Source: Camelus ferus (taxonomy: Eukaryota). Taken from it: a stretch of DNA of 64,000 nt. The stretch spans positions 62,064,001 to 62,128,000 of the forward strand of contig NC_045707.1 in assembly GCF_009834535.1 (NCBI RefSeq), given 5' to 3'. Under the pieces are notes generated by a model that saw only the letters and a program-made list of their open reading frames with translations, was not told where the DNA came from and made no database searches. This document shows positions 13,060 through 27,039 of the stretch, piece after piece (position 1 is the stretch's first letter; every line of letters begins with the position of its first letter). Made by a program: the position numbers and the translations under genes.

Positions 13060-13710
13060 CTTCCTTGATTGTCTCTCTTGCCATTTTCATCGCCCCCGCT
13101 GAAGTTCAATACCTCTCCTGTGTGAAACATAATTTGTTACCTTCCTAACCAGCCTTTTTGCTTCCCGGTTTTCCCTCACCTAATACATTTTCAACCATGT
13201 CATACAAGCTGACTTTCTAAATCGGATTATGTTAGTCCTCCTCTCAAAAGGGGTTCAGTGTTTTCTCTTTCACCTTGGGGGTAAAAGTATCCAAATTTCA
13301 CGGTCCAGGTTCCCAGGGTTTCATGATTCATTTTCAGTCTGCGTTTTTTTCCTCTCGACCTCAGGTCATGTTTCTCAATACTTTGCATGCTGAGCTTGCG
13401 GTTTATCCCCAAATTCTCATTAATTCCTTCTCACCTTGGCTACATCTATTCCATCCATCTGAACTCTCCTTTTTCTCTGATTGTTGAGTGATGTATTACT
13501 TATCCTTCAATAACAGCCAGGATGTAGCTCCTCTGTGAAGACCACCTGGAATGAATGCCATCAAGAGTAACTAACTGCACTCGGGAAACACAAGCCCTGG
13601 TGAACATTCGGTGCCGCCAGGGGATGGTTCAAGACAAGGGTAAATGATTATGTTTGAATCCCTTTTCCTCACTAAGTGTCTGACAAAAAAATAAGCAATC
13701 AACAAATATG
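13060..13710 (+). mobile_element. L2 LINE remnant
   Basis: Pyrimidine-rich L2-like motifs (acttatccttcaa...ctcctctgtgaag; aagcaatcaacaaatatg). Confidence 0.55.
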
Positions 13711-14059
13711 TATTCTATTACATGGAAAGGTGGGGTCTTTTATCTGATCACATTGTCCGTAGTTTTCAACTTATGAGCATAGGATTCATAAATACGTTAC
13801 TCTGGTTTTGTAAAACTCTAACTGAAGATTGGATGAACAGAATGGTTAGATGCACCTGAGAGGTCAGATCAGTCTGTGGGGCAGACTAACATTTAAATGA
13901 GCTCTTCAGGGCTGGACCTGGTAGAGGACAAAGTCAGAGCAGGGTCACATTAGTTTCTGGAGGGTTTGTTAATGATTTTTAAAAAATTTCTACAAAGATG
14001 TTGTCCTAAACATGCCATGAAGTGTTTACATAGAGAAAAAAATTAGGAATAATAGAAAC

Positions 14060-14525
14060 TGAGAAAGGAAAATGAAAATGGAGTCAGCATTGCTAAGAGA
14101 GCTCTCTCTAAAATGTAGCTGGGAGGCTGGTGAGGAAGCGTAACTTACGTATGTCTCAGCCTGGATGGAATCTGAACCACTTATTAACCTAATGAAGGCA
14201 TCCAAAACATCTGCCAGGAACTCAAGATATGGATCAGACCCTTCCCCTAAAGCAACCCGTGACAGCCTGTCTGCTAATCAGACACCTGCTCTAAATACCT
14301 CGTGATTCCTTGAGAACAAATTATTTTCTTACTCGATCAATCATGATTCTCACCAGGCAAATTTAACAGCAGTGTGACTTTCTGTCTTTATAAGCCCCTA
14401 ACTCTTTGCTGTCCTCAAAATACTCTTGGTTTTACGTGAATCTGTGTCCCTTGAACTACAATTCTTAAAGCTCCCAAGTACATATTTCCTTATTTGTAGT
14501 CTCTTGCATTATTTTTCTTTTGACA
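14060..14525 (+). mobile_element. ERV1-type solo LTR (~466 bp)
   Basis: TG...CA termini (tgagaaagg...ttttgaca); 4-bp TSD aaac/gaac with one mismatch; aaaatggagtc U3 motif; TATA-like tttataagcccc. Confidence 0.75.
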
Positions 14526-15205
14526 GAACACAGATGCTATGATTTTCATAAGCCCAGAAAAGGGGTCATCTTGAGAATAATGGGGTCAATAAATGCGTGG
14601 AATGAGGTCCAGAAACAATACTATTAGTCAAGAGTGAGGGTTGAAATAAAAGGAATGGCTTGGAATCAGCAAACAATGGCTATTCTTTCCTGAAAATCAG
14701 ATGGCATTCAGTCAGAAAAAAAACTCTTAATTGCTTCTTTCCTGTACTCCTCAGGGCTTCACGTGCCCTACCCTCTGTCAAGATTTCTTAAGGGAGCATG
14801 GCAAACGCTGATGACTCACGCAGAATGAAACTAAGAAAACATTCCATATGTTTGAAATAAGAGCTTCCTTTCTTTCTCCCTACCAGACACACTAACCCTT
14901 TTGAAAACCTTACCTGATTTGACACCATTTTCTGAATGCTTTTTATTTAGTCTTCGTAAAATCACACACATTTTTTCTTAAGTATAAGGGAAAAAATGAG
15001 CATGAATTAACTCATGTAATTTTAGAGAAGAGAGCAACCTTAGAAAAGTTCAGTTTAACCCTCTGATTTTCCAGGTGTGAAAGTTCTGCAAACTAGAAAA
15101 AAAATGTTTTCTCTACACAGCTAGTATCAGAGATGGGTCTTGAACTCATGACTCTTGTTTCCTTTCTGCCATACAACTACATCAAATATTAATTATCATC
15201 TAACC

Positions 15206-15426
15206 CATGGGTTGGCAAACTATGGTCCATGGGCCTACTCTGGCTGGCCCCCTGTTTTGGTAAAGCTCTCTGGAACACAGCTATGCTCATCTGTGGCTGT
15301 ATCATCTCTGGATGCTTCCCTGTGACATGGGCAGAGAGTGAAGCAGTCCCAACAGAAACCATATGGCCCTCAGAACCTAAAATATTTACTCTCTGGCTCT
15401 TAACAGAAAGTGTTTGCCAATCTCTG
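15206..15426 (-). mobile_element. MER58A-like hAT-Charlie MITE
   Basis: TIRs catgggttggcaaac / gtttgccaatctctg; internal cctaaaatatttactctctggc; 8-bp TSD atctaacc / atctaaac. Confidence 0.88.
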
Positions 15427-18400
15427 ATCTAAACCAACAGTCTTCTTCTGATAACCTTACACACTTTCCTCATTCCTGTGCCCCTTTATTTTCCTTGTAA
15501 CTACTCCCTCCTCGTCAGCATCCATACTCTCCTAGATGTACCTAGGAAGGAGACAGACCCTTATACTCCAGCAAAGACTGCACACTTGTATTTGCTATTA
15601 TTCACTTTATACCCACAAACTAAACTTTCCTAAAGGACATTATTTTTGATGCCTCAGCAGCCATTAAGGAAATGTAACATACATTCTAAGCTGGACATTG
15701 GGTAAACGTTGTAGACATCATTGCTATTGGCCCAAATATATATGGTGATGACAAGAATAATTGATAGTTTGGGGTCTACTGCAAAGACTGGCTTTGAAGG
15801 TTTTGGGAAGGGTCTGCAGACTAAGGCATACATCTTTAAGATTAGTTAACTCTATTTTTCAGATTAATTTTGTAATCACAACTTACAAACACACTTCTTA
15901 TCTTTGCAATGAAAACTGTGCCTGAGAATTGTCTCTGGGGGATCCCTTTACCCTCTGAGTTGATAATGCTTAGCACATTGGCTAAGAAACCAAAATGATG
16001 CTGTTGCTGAAAACAAAACAAGACAACCCCCTAGACAATACTTGAAGGAGTTCTCTGAAAGAATAGAGTAATATTCATAGTTAGCTGGCTATCTTTCATC
16101 TGGAGAAAAGCAGAGAATAAAATGCGTCATGATGACTTGAGGGCAAGAAATGTGGCAAGGAAGAAGGCAAGCTAGCATCTTAGGGTGCGGAGATAAAGAT
16201 GAGGATGGCAGGGCAAGGAAGAGTAAGGTGGAAAAGACTGATCGGAATCATACAAGAGGAACTGAAAGGGCATGTCCATCTGAACCTCAGACCCTGATGC
16301 CAGTGGACAGAAAGAAAGCGGCAAATTCAACGGCAGCCTTACAAGAGGGGGGAAGCCCCAGACGCTCAGCACTGCTCTGTGGGGTTCAGCTTTTACTGAG
16401 GAGGTCTCTGGCAATGCTTTGCTGGATTCCCTTTGAAGCTACGAGAATAAAGGGAGTAGAGGAATAACATCAAGGTTCTGTGCAGGTGCAAGAAAATTAC
16501 CCCTGAGAACCTCAGCTTTGAGCATGGGTGTGGCTGACTCACAGGTGCTTCCTCCTTCTAGTTTTGACAGATGCTTCAGCAGAGCTGCACTAGGAAGACC
16601 GGTCACAGGAATATTGTCAAGAAGTCCCCTGAAATTCTTTTAGCGAATTCAAGGCCGGTGGTGATAATACATTTTATCATGTATACGCACATATCCAGAT
16701 CCCTGGAGTTGGGAATCTAGGCAGGTTCCACCAACTTGTGACATCCATCTGGGCTACCACTGGGCGTCAGACCAGAGGAAGACTTCTTGATCAGACAAGC
16801 ATCATGTAAAAGAGGCCCAGGCAGTTCTGATTGATCAGCCATGTCTGAGAATCAACTGAGCATAAGAGTTTAGATCAATGAAAGATTCTGGATTTTAGAG
16901 CACTCAAATTATCTATAACATACCTAGTATGTTCAAGGAACTGCTTTTTATATTTCATTGCATGTTAAAATTAAAACTTTATTTGAATTCATTTGGAAGA
17001 AAGCTCTTATCAAGACCCTATATCCAATGTTCACGAAGCCGGGATTGGGTCCCAGAATAAATCTGCATAACCTTCCTCTTTCTTATTTACACTCTGGAGA
17101 CCAGCACATTTCAACTGCTTCACCCTTACAGGCAGCATTTTTTTTTTAAAGCTAAAAGCTGCAGATGTCTTCTTAATGCCTCCTCATTCCTTCCCTAATG
17201 TAATTTAGTAGAAATCCCAACCCCTGTGTTCAAGTTCTTTACACAAGCTCACAAAGAGGTCTTTGCAAGGCCGCTATTCCCAGTCTTTCTGCTTAGTAGT
17301 AATATTACCACAATTACTATAATTTAAAAATTAGACAGATATATTTACTCCTCACCACATTTGCATAACTTGTCCGTCTACATCCAACTTGGAATAAAGA
17401 AATTAAAAGTAAAATAAAATGGTAGGACAGAAATAAGAAACAGAATAACGGAGGAATTAAGCTTTTCTGAATGTCTGAAATATGGTTGCGCATTTGCTTG
17501 AAAGACAACTCTTACATTGCCAATGGAAAATGAGTCTTATGTCTGATTAGTAATATGCAATGTAAAATATAAGAGCTTTAAGAGTTTTTGAAAAAGTATT
17601 ATAATAGAATTTAGTATTTAATTCCCTGCCTTTTATTTATACATTGAAATGCTTCCCTACCGACTAAATTTCAGTTATAAGCCCTCTCTTGGAACTGGAG
17701 TTTTTCTGGCTATTTCAACATGTGATGTAGTGAAAGTTGAGTTCCATAAGGTGGCATCAACCTACTGGAGCGAGCAGCAACACCACTGACCATATTTCAG
17801 GTGCCCTTAGACCTTCAGCTTTTATTTTCCCTCAAGTTTTATGCAAAGGAGAAATTCAGAGACATCTTAAAATGTTCCTTCAGATCTATTATCTACTGAC
17901 TTAAACAAAGAAAATCTCAAATGAATCCAGATTTGTGTTCTTCTAAGGAGCCTAAAGTTCAATTGTGCAGCTGAAGCTTGTCTGAATCTCAAGTTTTCCT
18001 TAGACTACAGACTTGGGCTTTAGATTCTGCAGGGAAATCTTTGCTTCTGGGATTTCTGACATTACAGCTTGGGGGTTATACTCAGAGTATAGTTAAATGT
18101 ACCATTCAGACAGTCATTTTGTTAGTTTTCTTATGCAGCAAGGAATGATGGGAAATCAAGAAAAGTAAGATATATAATATTTGATTTTTCTGTCTTTTTA
18201 CAAATTGAATTAATTCTTATTTAAAATACAAATAATAAAAATGATGGTGCTCTTTGAATAGCTTCTGTAGGAATACAAAAAAAATCTCAAAAATACACAA
18301 TTAAAATAATTAAATAAAAATGAGGTTGAGCTGCATAATCCTCATGTGTTAAGATGACAGATTAAACTAGTTTATTCATAATAAATGAAAGGGAGAAAAT

Positions 18401-20672
18401 AAAAATGTTTTCAGCTCCACATTCACTTATTAGTAAACATTAATATTGTCATTTATTAATGAATGTTAACTAGCTTACATAACTAGAAAAACAAGTGATT
18501 TTAATCCATATATCATTAAAATACCATGCACTAAAAGTGCATCTTTGTTCCCAATTATTATTTCAAAAGGCCATTTTGGAGAACATTGTTACAATTAAAT
18601 ATAAAGAAATCTGTTTAGTTCTCAACCCTTAGTACCAGTTACCTCTGAAGAAGTTCTTGTAGTATGAGAAATAATGACCCAATATTGCAATAAAGGCAAG
18701 CCTTAAGCAGTTTTCTTAATTCTGCTTTTTTATTGGCTTGGTGACATAATATAAGACATTTAATCTTCCTACATGTAGATTGGAAATTTACTCCCCATTC
18801 TTACTTTACAGCAATGTTAGGAGGATTAATTGGATAATGAATCTAAAGGCTCCAGGCTCAGTAAAGAAAGACACACATGCAATGTGTTATTTGCCAGTGA
18901 AAGAAGACAACAGGAAGCACTTTCCCTACTAATCAAGATTATTCCTACCAAGAGAGTGAATGAGAGCAAGTCAATTAAGACTATTTTTGATAGAGTATCC
19001 AGTCTCACATATCCTAGGGCAGTAAGCAAGGAGAGAAAACATGGCTCTCAGACAATTTAAATATATTTCTCCCATCAAGAAAAGGGGGCCACTTCAAAGG
19101 CATAATGGAAAAAAATTCATAAAATTATTAAAGCACAAACTGGGAGAAAATTGGACCAGACCTAAATCAAACACACATGTTCAATAAATTAAAAAAAAAA
19201 GTTATTCAAATAAAAGTGTCTTCTTGCAACTTTTCCACTGCTTTCTTAGAACAAAGATCACATCTCGGTGCATGATTTTAAAAACAACATAATGAAAAAC
19301 TATCCTGTATGGTAGCAGGTACAAAATATAATCCCCAGAACTGATGATAAATGGGGATACCTGTGAGTGTCCATAAACCTGCAGGCACTGAGGGGCTGTT
19401 GGTACTGAATTGGACTGAGAAAAGGTTACCCGAGATTGCCCTTTTTGATGCTGCTTCCTTAGGAATTTTTACCCTCACGTTAAATTTTTGCAGTGAGAGA
19501 TCTGCATTATATCCAAGTGGTTTTCTAGCTGAAAGATAAAACAGTTACAATTTCCATCTGAGTTTGAATCTCAGCAAGGATTATTTCTTGGCCAACAGGA
19601 AATGAAAGAAGCTCTGACTCTGGTTCAGGTGTGGAAGCTCCCGGCGAGCCAGGTTTCCCTAAACAGAGGATGAGGAGGACTAACGTGCTCACAGCTACAT
19701 CAGAGCAGTGCCTCACTCAGACGCGGGCTGAATTCAGCCATCTTCAGCTGTGAAAACAGGTCTGAGGCAGGATTTCTGAATTTGTTCTATGGAACCAACA
19801 ACTCTCACCTTGGCAATCTTAAGAGTCTGTGAGAATGGTTAATTCATTAAAAAGCAGAGTTCTTACAACCCAGTACATACCATCTAATTTCACCTTCAAA
19901 CAGTTCACCTGGTTTATGAACTTGAAGCTTTGGTAATCAATTGTCAACCTCCTTCCGTCAGTATGATTGATGGCAGTGTGGTTAACCTGTGTTCCCTTTT
20001 TAACTCTTTATTATTAGATTTAGCAATTATCTTCATCTTTTAATGGTAAATCTCAGTCGAATGATTTTATTTCTTTTGAGAAAACTCACAGCCTTTGCTT
20101 AGACAAGAAATTAATTTTAGAGCATGTTAGATATATTCCCAGATGACCCACTGTCATCAAGATAAGAAAAAATATGAACATGCCTATTGCAAATACTCTA
20201 TTCAATGATGCTACCTATTAACTAATAATTTCTATATGAATAATTATCAAATTAGCTAATCATGTATTATATAGTCCATTATAACTGTATACTTTAAAAA
20301 ATTGATGGTATGTTGTAAATTCTTATAATACATGCAATTTCTTATTACAGTAATATCTGTTCACCAGTGAAACCTACTTTTAAAATTTTCAGAAAAGAAA
20401 TAACGAGGAGAAAGGTTTTGAATTAATCTCATGATATCACATACATTTTGTAGGGAATGCGGTAGTATTTTTCTTATTTTTTTCAAGTTTAATGTCAAAC
20501 CAATTGTAGAAACAGTGGGAAATACAGATTTAAGTGCTTATTTAAAATCAGAGATATTTTTAGAACTTTATTCACCTCATTACATAATTATCTATTATTT
20601 ATAGGTAAATTACCAGCCTTCAGGTTGGAAACCTGTGATTTCTTTCATGTTGAATTTTGTTACCTTGAAAAA

Positions 20673-20692
20673 GCCACCACAAGGTGGCAGCC
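20673..20692 (+). promoter_or_regulatory. Candidate CTCF-binding motif
   Basis: ccacaaggtggcag (20677-20690) fits the CTCF core CCACNAGGTGGCAG. Motif match only. Confidence 0.5.
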
Positions 20693-21569
20693 AAGAGAAG
20701 ATTTTAAAATGTAATCTTGGAACTTAAATTTATGGGGTTAGAGCCACACGTCAAGTTCACTTGAAGATTTACTACACATCTGACATGTCAGTGGCCAAAC
20801 CAGTACATAAAAGCTGATGTACACTTCAATTAAAAATCATAATTATCCACACAAAGAAGGCAGCAGGCTATGAAACCAAATGCTCTGGAATTGAGCCAGG
20901 TACCTTAGAAGGACATTTTGCTTTTTAATAGTGTAAAGCTTGGCAGTCACATTAACTCTTTGTGTCAAGACATTTTCATTTCTTTATGCCAACCTCACCG
21001 TGATTTTATATATAGTAACGCAAAATAGTTGTTGGAAGCACTGCAGTCCCTGCTACCTCCAGGAATCTACGGAGTAAGCAGTGCTGAAAGGAGCTTTCAG
21101 TTTAATAAAGCAATTCAATTCAATTTGCTTCCCTGAAACTTCACTCTCAGAGATCAACCAGATAAGAGCACTGTGTTGGACGCACTGGAGTATACACAGA
21201 TAAAATACAAATCTTTGTCCTCGAGCAAACAAACAAACAAAAACAGGACACCTGGGAAGGAAATTTTCAGGAATTTCTTCACTAATAAAACTGAAAATGT
21301 ACACAGTGGTAAATACACAGAAATATCCAAATTTGTTAGACTAGCTAAAAGTCACTTTAATCATTTATATATTTTATATTTAAGACTGAAACAGTATCTA
21401 ATCAGTTTAGTAATAATTTATTAAGATGTCTATAAAATTCACATTCTGGGTACCATACTTATCAGGGTTCTATCATTCACTGAAAATATGACAGCATTTG
21501 TTTCTTTTACAGAGAGTTCAGTTTCTTCAATAGTAAAACTGACATTACTAATGTTATTTATATAAAGAA

Positions 21570-21760
21570 AATTAACTAAGTAGTTGAGTATTTGCTACAT
21601 TCCCAGCACATAGTCTCATTAAACGTCTATGATCTCTATTATACTATGAGAAAACAGACTGAAAGAATTTGATTTTCCTAACGTCATATAATTTAGAAAG
21701 GACAGGGATGGAATTCCAACCTAAGCCTATTTGCCTCCAGAGTCTACAGTCTTAGCTATC
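21570..21760 (-). mobile_element. MIR SINE
   Basis: atgagaaaacagactgaaag...ttttccctaacgtcatata...gggatggaattccaacctaagcctatttgcctccagagtc. Confidence 0.7.
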
Positions 21761-22561
21761 ACGTGAAGATGCTTCTTACCTGATTTGACCAAATTACCTT
21801 TACAGAGATGTTATGATTCACCTCTTTTTGGTCTGAACTAAACTATTCTTGAAACTAGCTAAGCCCTTTTAACTTTAGTATGAGCTTATGCAAATGAGAT
21901 TTTTGGGTTTTTTTGCTTCGTAATTTTTGCTTAGAAAGTAAATTGATCCAGAACTAAACTTTAAACTCTGTTCCTGCAAATATTGGTGGACAATGGTTTA
22001 CTTGAAAACAAAGATCACGCCTTCCCCTCACTTTTTAGGGTTTTCTCATAGCTCCAAGGGTTCTACAAATAGCAGACGCCAGCTCAGTTTGTTTGCATAT
22101 TTATATAACCTAGAGGGTTTTAGTAATGTGGATCAATGACTGGGTACCTAGTAAACAGCCTTGTGGGTTAGGTTTCTGGTTTTATAGGCAATTTCTGTTA
22201 CTAATTTAATGTCTCGCATTTTCTCAAGGAATAATTTTAAAATAAACACTTGAAATTCTAATTAATTAAATAAATTAAAGGCTGGAAACAACAAATGTCA
22301 AATTGTTATACCAGATTAGCAACTGAAAATTTCTCTGAATAAGCACTTGTTTTATGTGTCTTAGAAAAACTGTAGCAAATGTATGCTCAACATTCACCGG
22401 AACAGTGTCTACTATATGTGATCGATTCCTTTTTATGTATAATCATTTTATCCTTTTATCATCTGTCTCTCCTTTCCCAGTTACTATTTCTATTATTTTG
22501 AAATCAATTTTTATACTATTACAGACTTTCCTATTTGAGGTCTGGTGAAGTTATCTTTAGA

Positions 22562-22758
22562 CATTCTCATGCGGGGGTAATTCTGCCACAAAGGAGACTT
22601 TTGGCAATGTCTGGAGACATTCTTATTGTCATTGTAGGAGAAGGAATAGGTCCTGGCCCCTAGTAAGTAGAGACTGAGAATGCTGCTAAACGTCCCTCAA
22701 TGCACCTGACAGCCCCTCACAACAAAGAATGTCAAGAGTGCTGACTTTGAGAGATCCT
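22562..22758 (+). mobile_element. MER20-like hAT-Charlie element
   Basis: ttggcaatgtctggagacattctt...ctagtaagtagagactgagaatgctgctaaacgtccc...gacagcccctcacaacaaagaat. Confidence 0.85.
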
Positions 22759-23034
22759 ACTGTTTTTAACCCTTGTATTCAATTTGCATATTTTTTTCTG
22801 AAGAGAATCCATGGTTGTCATCATCCACTTAGAAGGGTCCCTGATTACAAAAGCTATAGTGAACATAAGTTATACATGATTTTACTACCCAATTTACAAT
22901 CTGCTTAATTTAGTTTTCAAATTGGCCTTTATTGGCTTTGGCCTAGTGCTGAATACATTATAATTTTTGCATTAAAGAGTTAATAAACAGTTAGGAAAAT
23001 ATAATAAAAATGGCACAATAAAGCAAGATATCAG

Positions 23035-23140
23035 TGATGGAGAAACCGTGCAGGAGAAGGGGTATACCAGAACTCTCTACTTTCTGCTCAGTTTTCTGCA
23101 AACTGAAAATTGCTCTAAAAAATAGTCTATTAATTTTTTA
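23035..23140 (+). mobile_element. Old L1 (L1MC/MD-like) 3' end fragment
   Basis: gaactctctactttctgctcagttttctgcaaactgaaaattgctctaaaaaatagtctattaa. Confidence 0.65.
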
Positions 23141-23157
23141 AAAAGTAGCGTGGTGTA

Positions 23158-23250
23158 AGGGGGTGAGTATAGCTCAGTGGCAGAGTGCATACTTAGCATG
23201 AATGAGGGCCTGGGTTCAATCCCTAGTAAGTACCTCCATTAAAAAAAAAA
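23158..23250 (+). mobile_element. tRNA-derived SINE, camelid Vic-1-like (short form)
   Basis: gggggtgagtatagctcagtggcagagtgcatacttagcatg...gggttcaatccc...tacctccatt plus poly(A). TSD aaaagtagcgtggtgta (23141-23157) / aaaagcagtgtggtgta (23251-23267). Confidence 0.92.
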
Positions 23251-24243
23251 AAAAGCAGTGTGGTGTATGCAACAACAGCAAAGCGGCGAGCAAGGACCAA
23301 ACAGGAGTTAATACCTTAACATTTGAATAAGCACAATATGAAGAAGACGTTATTTCCAGGCAGGGAAAAAAGTCCATAGGGAAAAAAAAAGCCATACTGT
23401 TTCACAATATGAATAATTCATTTGAAACTGATCATCTTCTGCGGACTTTTCAGGGGGATAATTAATAGATACTTGAAATCAGAGGTTCCCTCACACTTGC
23501 ATCCCCTGCTTTCCTTTCCAATTTCTGTAACTAGACGGATCCCATACTCCTTCTCCTATGCCTTCTTGTAGTTCCTATACTGCCTTATTTTAGTGCGTTT
23601 TTTCTTTGCTAACCATCTCTCTTTTTTTTTTTTTCTTTTTGTTATTCTAGCAAGACCTCCTATCCTTTTTTTCTCTCAATTCTTCCACTTCCAAATTCTG
23701 TTTATATGTTGGTTTGGAATAACCTCATTCCAGAGGTGGATGGAAGAAAATTGCCAAGGACCTTAAAAACCCAGTTCCTCTCTTCTCTCACTCCAACAAA
23801 TCAAGAAAATCTTCTTGGAATCACTCTTTGAATGATCTTCTCCCTCTGCAGTACCTAAGACAGGCCAAGGACAAGAAATTCAAATCTGCTGACCTCAGCA
23901 CCTAACAAATGCTCCTGTGGAACTTGCATATCTTCTTTCTATTGTTGTTGGTGTACTTAGGATTGGCTTTTTTTTTTTTATTACTGGAGTAAAATATTTG
24001 TAATTATAGGTTTGGGCTTTCAGATGAAAGGTACATAAAGTAGGCTTTTGGCCTGTGTTTGTCTGTACAATTCAGTGTTTTTGTTTTTTTTTTTTTTTGC
24101 AGGAAACAGTAGTTCTCTTTACCGCTTTTCCAACCTTGCCCCATGGAGTTTAACCCTGGAGTTAAATTGGGGAGAAGTCCCAGATGGTGCTATGAGCCAT
24201 CCCTGCCTTCCATTGTTTCCTTCAGGTTTTGTTGGGGAAATAC

Positions 24244-24940
24244 TGTTGAAAATAAAAACTCCTTCCAACTCAAAAAACCTCTCCATAAAAGTAGGAGATT
24301 AAAAAAAAAATAGTATTGAACAAGCATTAAAGTAGAATGTATTGCACTTTACAGGCAATTCTCTGAAGAGATTGCAAAGACAGAAATCTTGCCTCTTATA
24401 TGGCCAAGAAAATATATGCCCATTACATACAAAATCTCAAAATAAACAATCACCAGTCTGCAAGTAAGGGACTTGGCATTACCATTTGCCAAACATAGTT
24501 CATTCTGAACTAAGATCACTCGTTAACTGGGGTAGCCATCTGTGTTTGCTAATTGCCTTTATTAAAATAAAAAACCCAAAAAACTTACACCTTTATGATC
24601 AGAGGTAGGTTTGCAACTTGGAGTCAGGTACCAGCTGAATTTGGGACCCTGTCCCTCAGGAAAGTGGGAGATGAGAGTGCTCCCTTCCTTGATTGACTGC
24701 ATTTCAAAGAGATGGTTTCCAGTTCACAGAAGTATCCCTGGGTTGTAAAACTGGCAAGAGGCTTGTTTCTCCCTTAAACACACCACATCTATATTCATTT
24801 CAAAGGGAGCAGAGAAAGGATTTACAATTACAAGTTTTCTAAGGTCAATGCCATAAGAAAAAGTTGTACGTGTGTGTGGGTTCTTTCCCTTTTGCAGGGA
24901 TAATTAACTTTTTTCCATTTAATTTGTATTTACCTTTACA
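24244..24940 (-). mobile_element. ERV1 solo LTR (MER34-like)
   Basis: tgttgaaa...cctttaca termini; aaacctctccataaaagtag...attgaacaagcattaaa...aagagattgcaaagacagaaatc resembles MER34-class LTRs in reverse. Confidence 0.65.
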
Positions 24941-25359
24941 GCCTACAGCTCACCTATGATTTAAAACTGTGCAGTATCCTCTTGAGGGGTTATTCTCAAC
25001 GAATTCAAATGTTATTCTAATATACACATTTATATTTATTTATAATTATCAATCACGTTTGACAAATCTTATGCCTATTTATAAAGATTTCCATCAGTTC
25101 TGTTATTTTTTTTTTTAACTTTATATACCCTAAGGGATCATTATAAAACTATTTGGAAAAAAAACACTTATATTAAATTCTCTGGAAAGGAAAAAAAAAT
25201 TGAATTGTATTTCTGAAATTGAAAAATTAAAAAAGGGAAGGATCAAAATAGATTTAAAAGAAAGTTAGGCCTTGCCCCTACACATAAATTGCTTTAAAAT
25301 ATATTTTCTGTTGCTTGTTTATTAAATGCTCTTCTAAGAAAGTAGCTTTTAAAGGCTTG

Positions 25360-25485
25360 CTAATCAAAGCGTTGCCCATGGACCAACAGCACTGATTGAT
25401 ATTGTCTGGAGTATTGACGTGAGAAATGAGGATCTTAGCATCTACTCCTAGTCTACTGAATCTGAATGTAGTTTTTAATCAGCCT
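25360..25485. mobile_element. MER5A-like hAT fragment
   Basis: tcaaagcgttgcccatggaccaacagc...gagaaatgaggatcttag...ctactgaatctgaatg. Confidence 0.6.
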
Positions 25486-25499
25486 TCTACTCATACTTG

Positions 25500-26180
25500 A
25501 GTCCAAACCAAAAAAGAAATACAAAATCATGCCTGTTCCCTATATAACATACATAATCCTATGTGCAAATGACAATCTGCTCACTGTCCTCCAATATTAA
25601 AAGTGCTAAAGTTTCATTAGTTACTCTTTCAAACTTGGGGTGCTGTTCATTTCTTTTTGAATTTAATCATAATCTCACTTTGATATTCTGTAACCTATGT
25701 TACACTTTAACATTAACTACTAGCCCCTTATACAAAAATTGTAGGGAGAAAGGGAAGGGCAGCATGATGTAAGATGATACGGATTTTAACAGAAAGTCCT
25801 TTGCTTAATCACCATCAAAGGAACCTTGTACACAACTCACAAATGAGGGACGACTTTGTAGTTAAAGGCGTGGTTAATATTAAGTACAAACACACACACA
25901 CACACACACACACATACAAACACATGAACACACACAGCAGAGAGAGAGAGAGAGAGAGAGAAGAAAGAGAGAGAGAGAATAAGGAAGGAAAGAAGGGTAA
26001 AATAGCTCCATTTTTCAGTGCATATGACGGCCTTGGGTCTTATCTGTAACTTCCTTTCTGCAATACCCCTTCCATGTTCCCTTTGTCCTCAGCATTTCAG
26101 CTGAATGCTGTTCTTTCCTTAATAGAATGATTCAAACTTTCATTTCTGGAGGTTCTAATCCCTTGGTGATCCTGATCACA
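25500..26180 (-). mobile_element. ERVL/MaLR internal 3' remnant (interrupted at 25759-25873)
   Basis: ccatgttccctttgtcctcagc...caaactttcatttctggaggttct matches the reverse of the ERVL-int 3' region; contains (CA)n/(GA)n. Confidence 0.6.
25891..25995. repeat. Compound (CA)n + (GA)n microsatellite
   Basis: Directly visible. Confidence 0.95.
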
Positions 26181-27039
26181 GGTGATAAGAAGCACTTCAG
26201 CTAAGTTTTGTTCATCTCAGATTCAAATACGGTAGTCAGGAAGCCACTATAAATTACATGGTTCTGGTGTTAGAAATAAAGGCTCAGAGGATATGATGAA
26301 TGGGTATTTTGAGTGCGTTATGTGAGCTTTTCTAGTGAGTGACTTGCATTACAATGCATGGTCTATTTAAATTACTCCATTCAAATAGAGAAACAAATGT
26401 TTCTCCCTTGCTACTTAAAAAAAAAATTCAAAATATCTCAGCAAAGAAGTTTCAATAGGTTATAAAAATTCCATTCTCAACTACCATGAAATGTGAGGCC
26501 ATAATACTAGGATGCTATGTGATAAATGTTCAGGTGTCATCATTGTACAATTTCAAGAAGTGGATGATTTTCTTTGAACCATATCAGAGGAACCTGTATT
26601 TCTGGACATTCCTTTCTGTAAGTAAATGTAGGTAAAAGCACTTATTTCATATTAAAACACTGAATATTTGGATGATAGGAGGGAGGCCAAATGAATATGT
26701 TTTTATAGAAATTTGTAAACATAAATATGGACACGTTTAAGCATGTTACCACTGTTTGCTTGCTTAACTCAGGATTTCTGCATATTTGATAGCTTCTCTT
26801 TAGGTTAATAAAAATAAATGTGTCTATTCCTAGAAAACTTCAGCATAGAGATTTACTGTCAAGCTTTTTTCCCAAAATTTATTGTGTCAAGTACAAACTG
26901 AACATCCATTACATGGCATCAGGCCTACAGCAACTTTGGGCATCAATTTAAATTTTAAAATTCAGTCAAATATAATAATTCTGAAATTCCATTTCTGGGG
27001 TGAGGTATAAGGCCCCCACTGCAGAGCATTTTTCTGTCT

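Noticed and set aside
21047..21079. Apparent 11-nt micro-exon (cctccag|GAATCTACGGA|gtaagc)
   Set aside because: Splice-like words arise often by chance in 64 kb; not frame-preserving; no supporting gene context.
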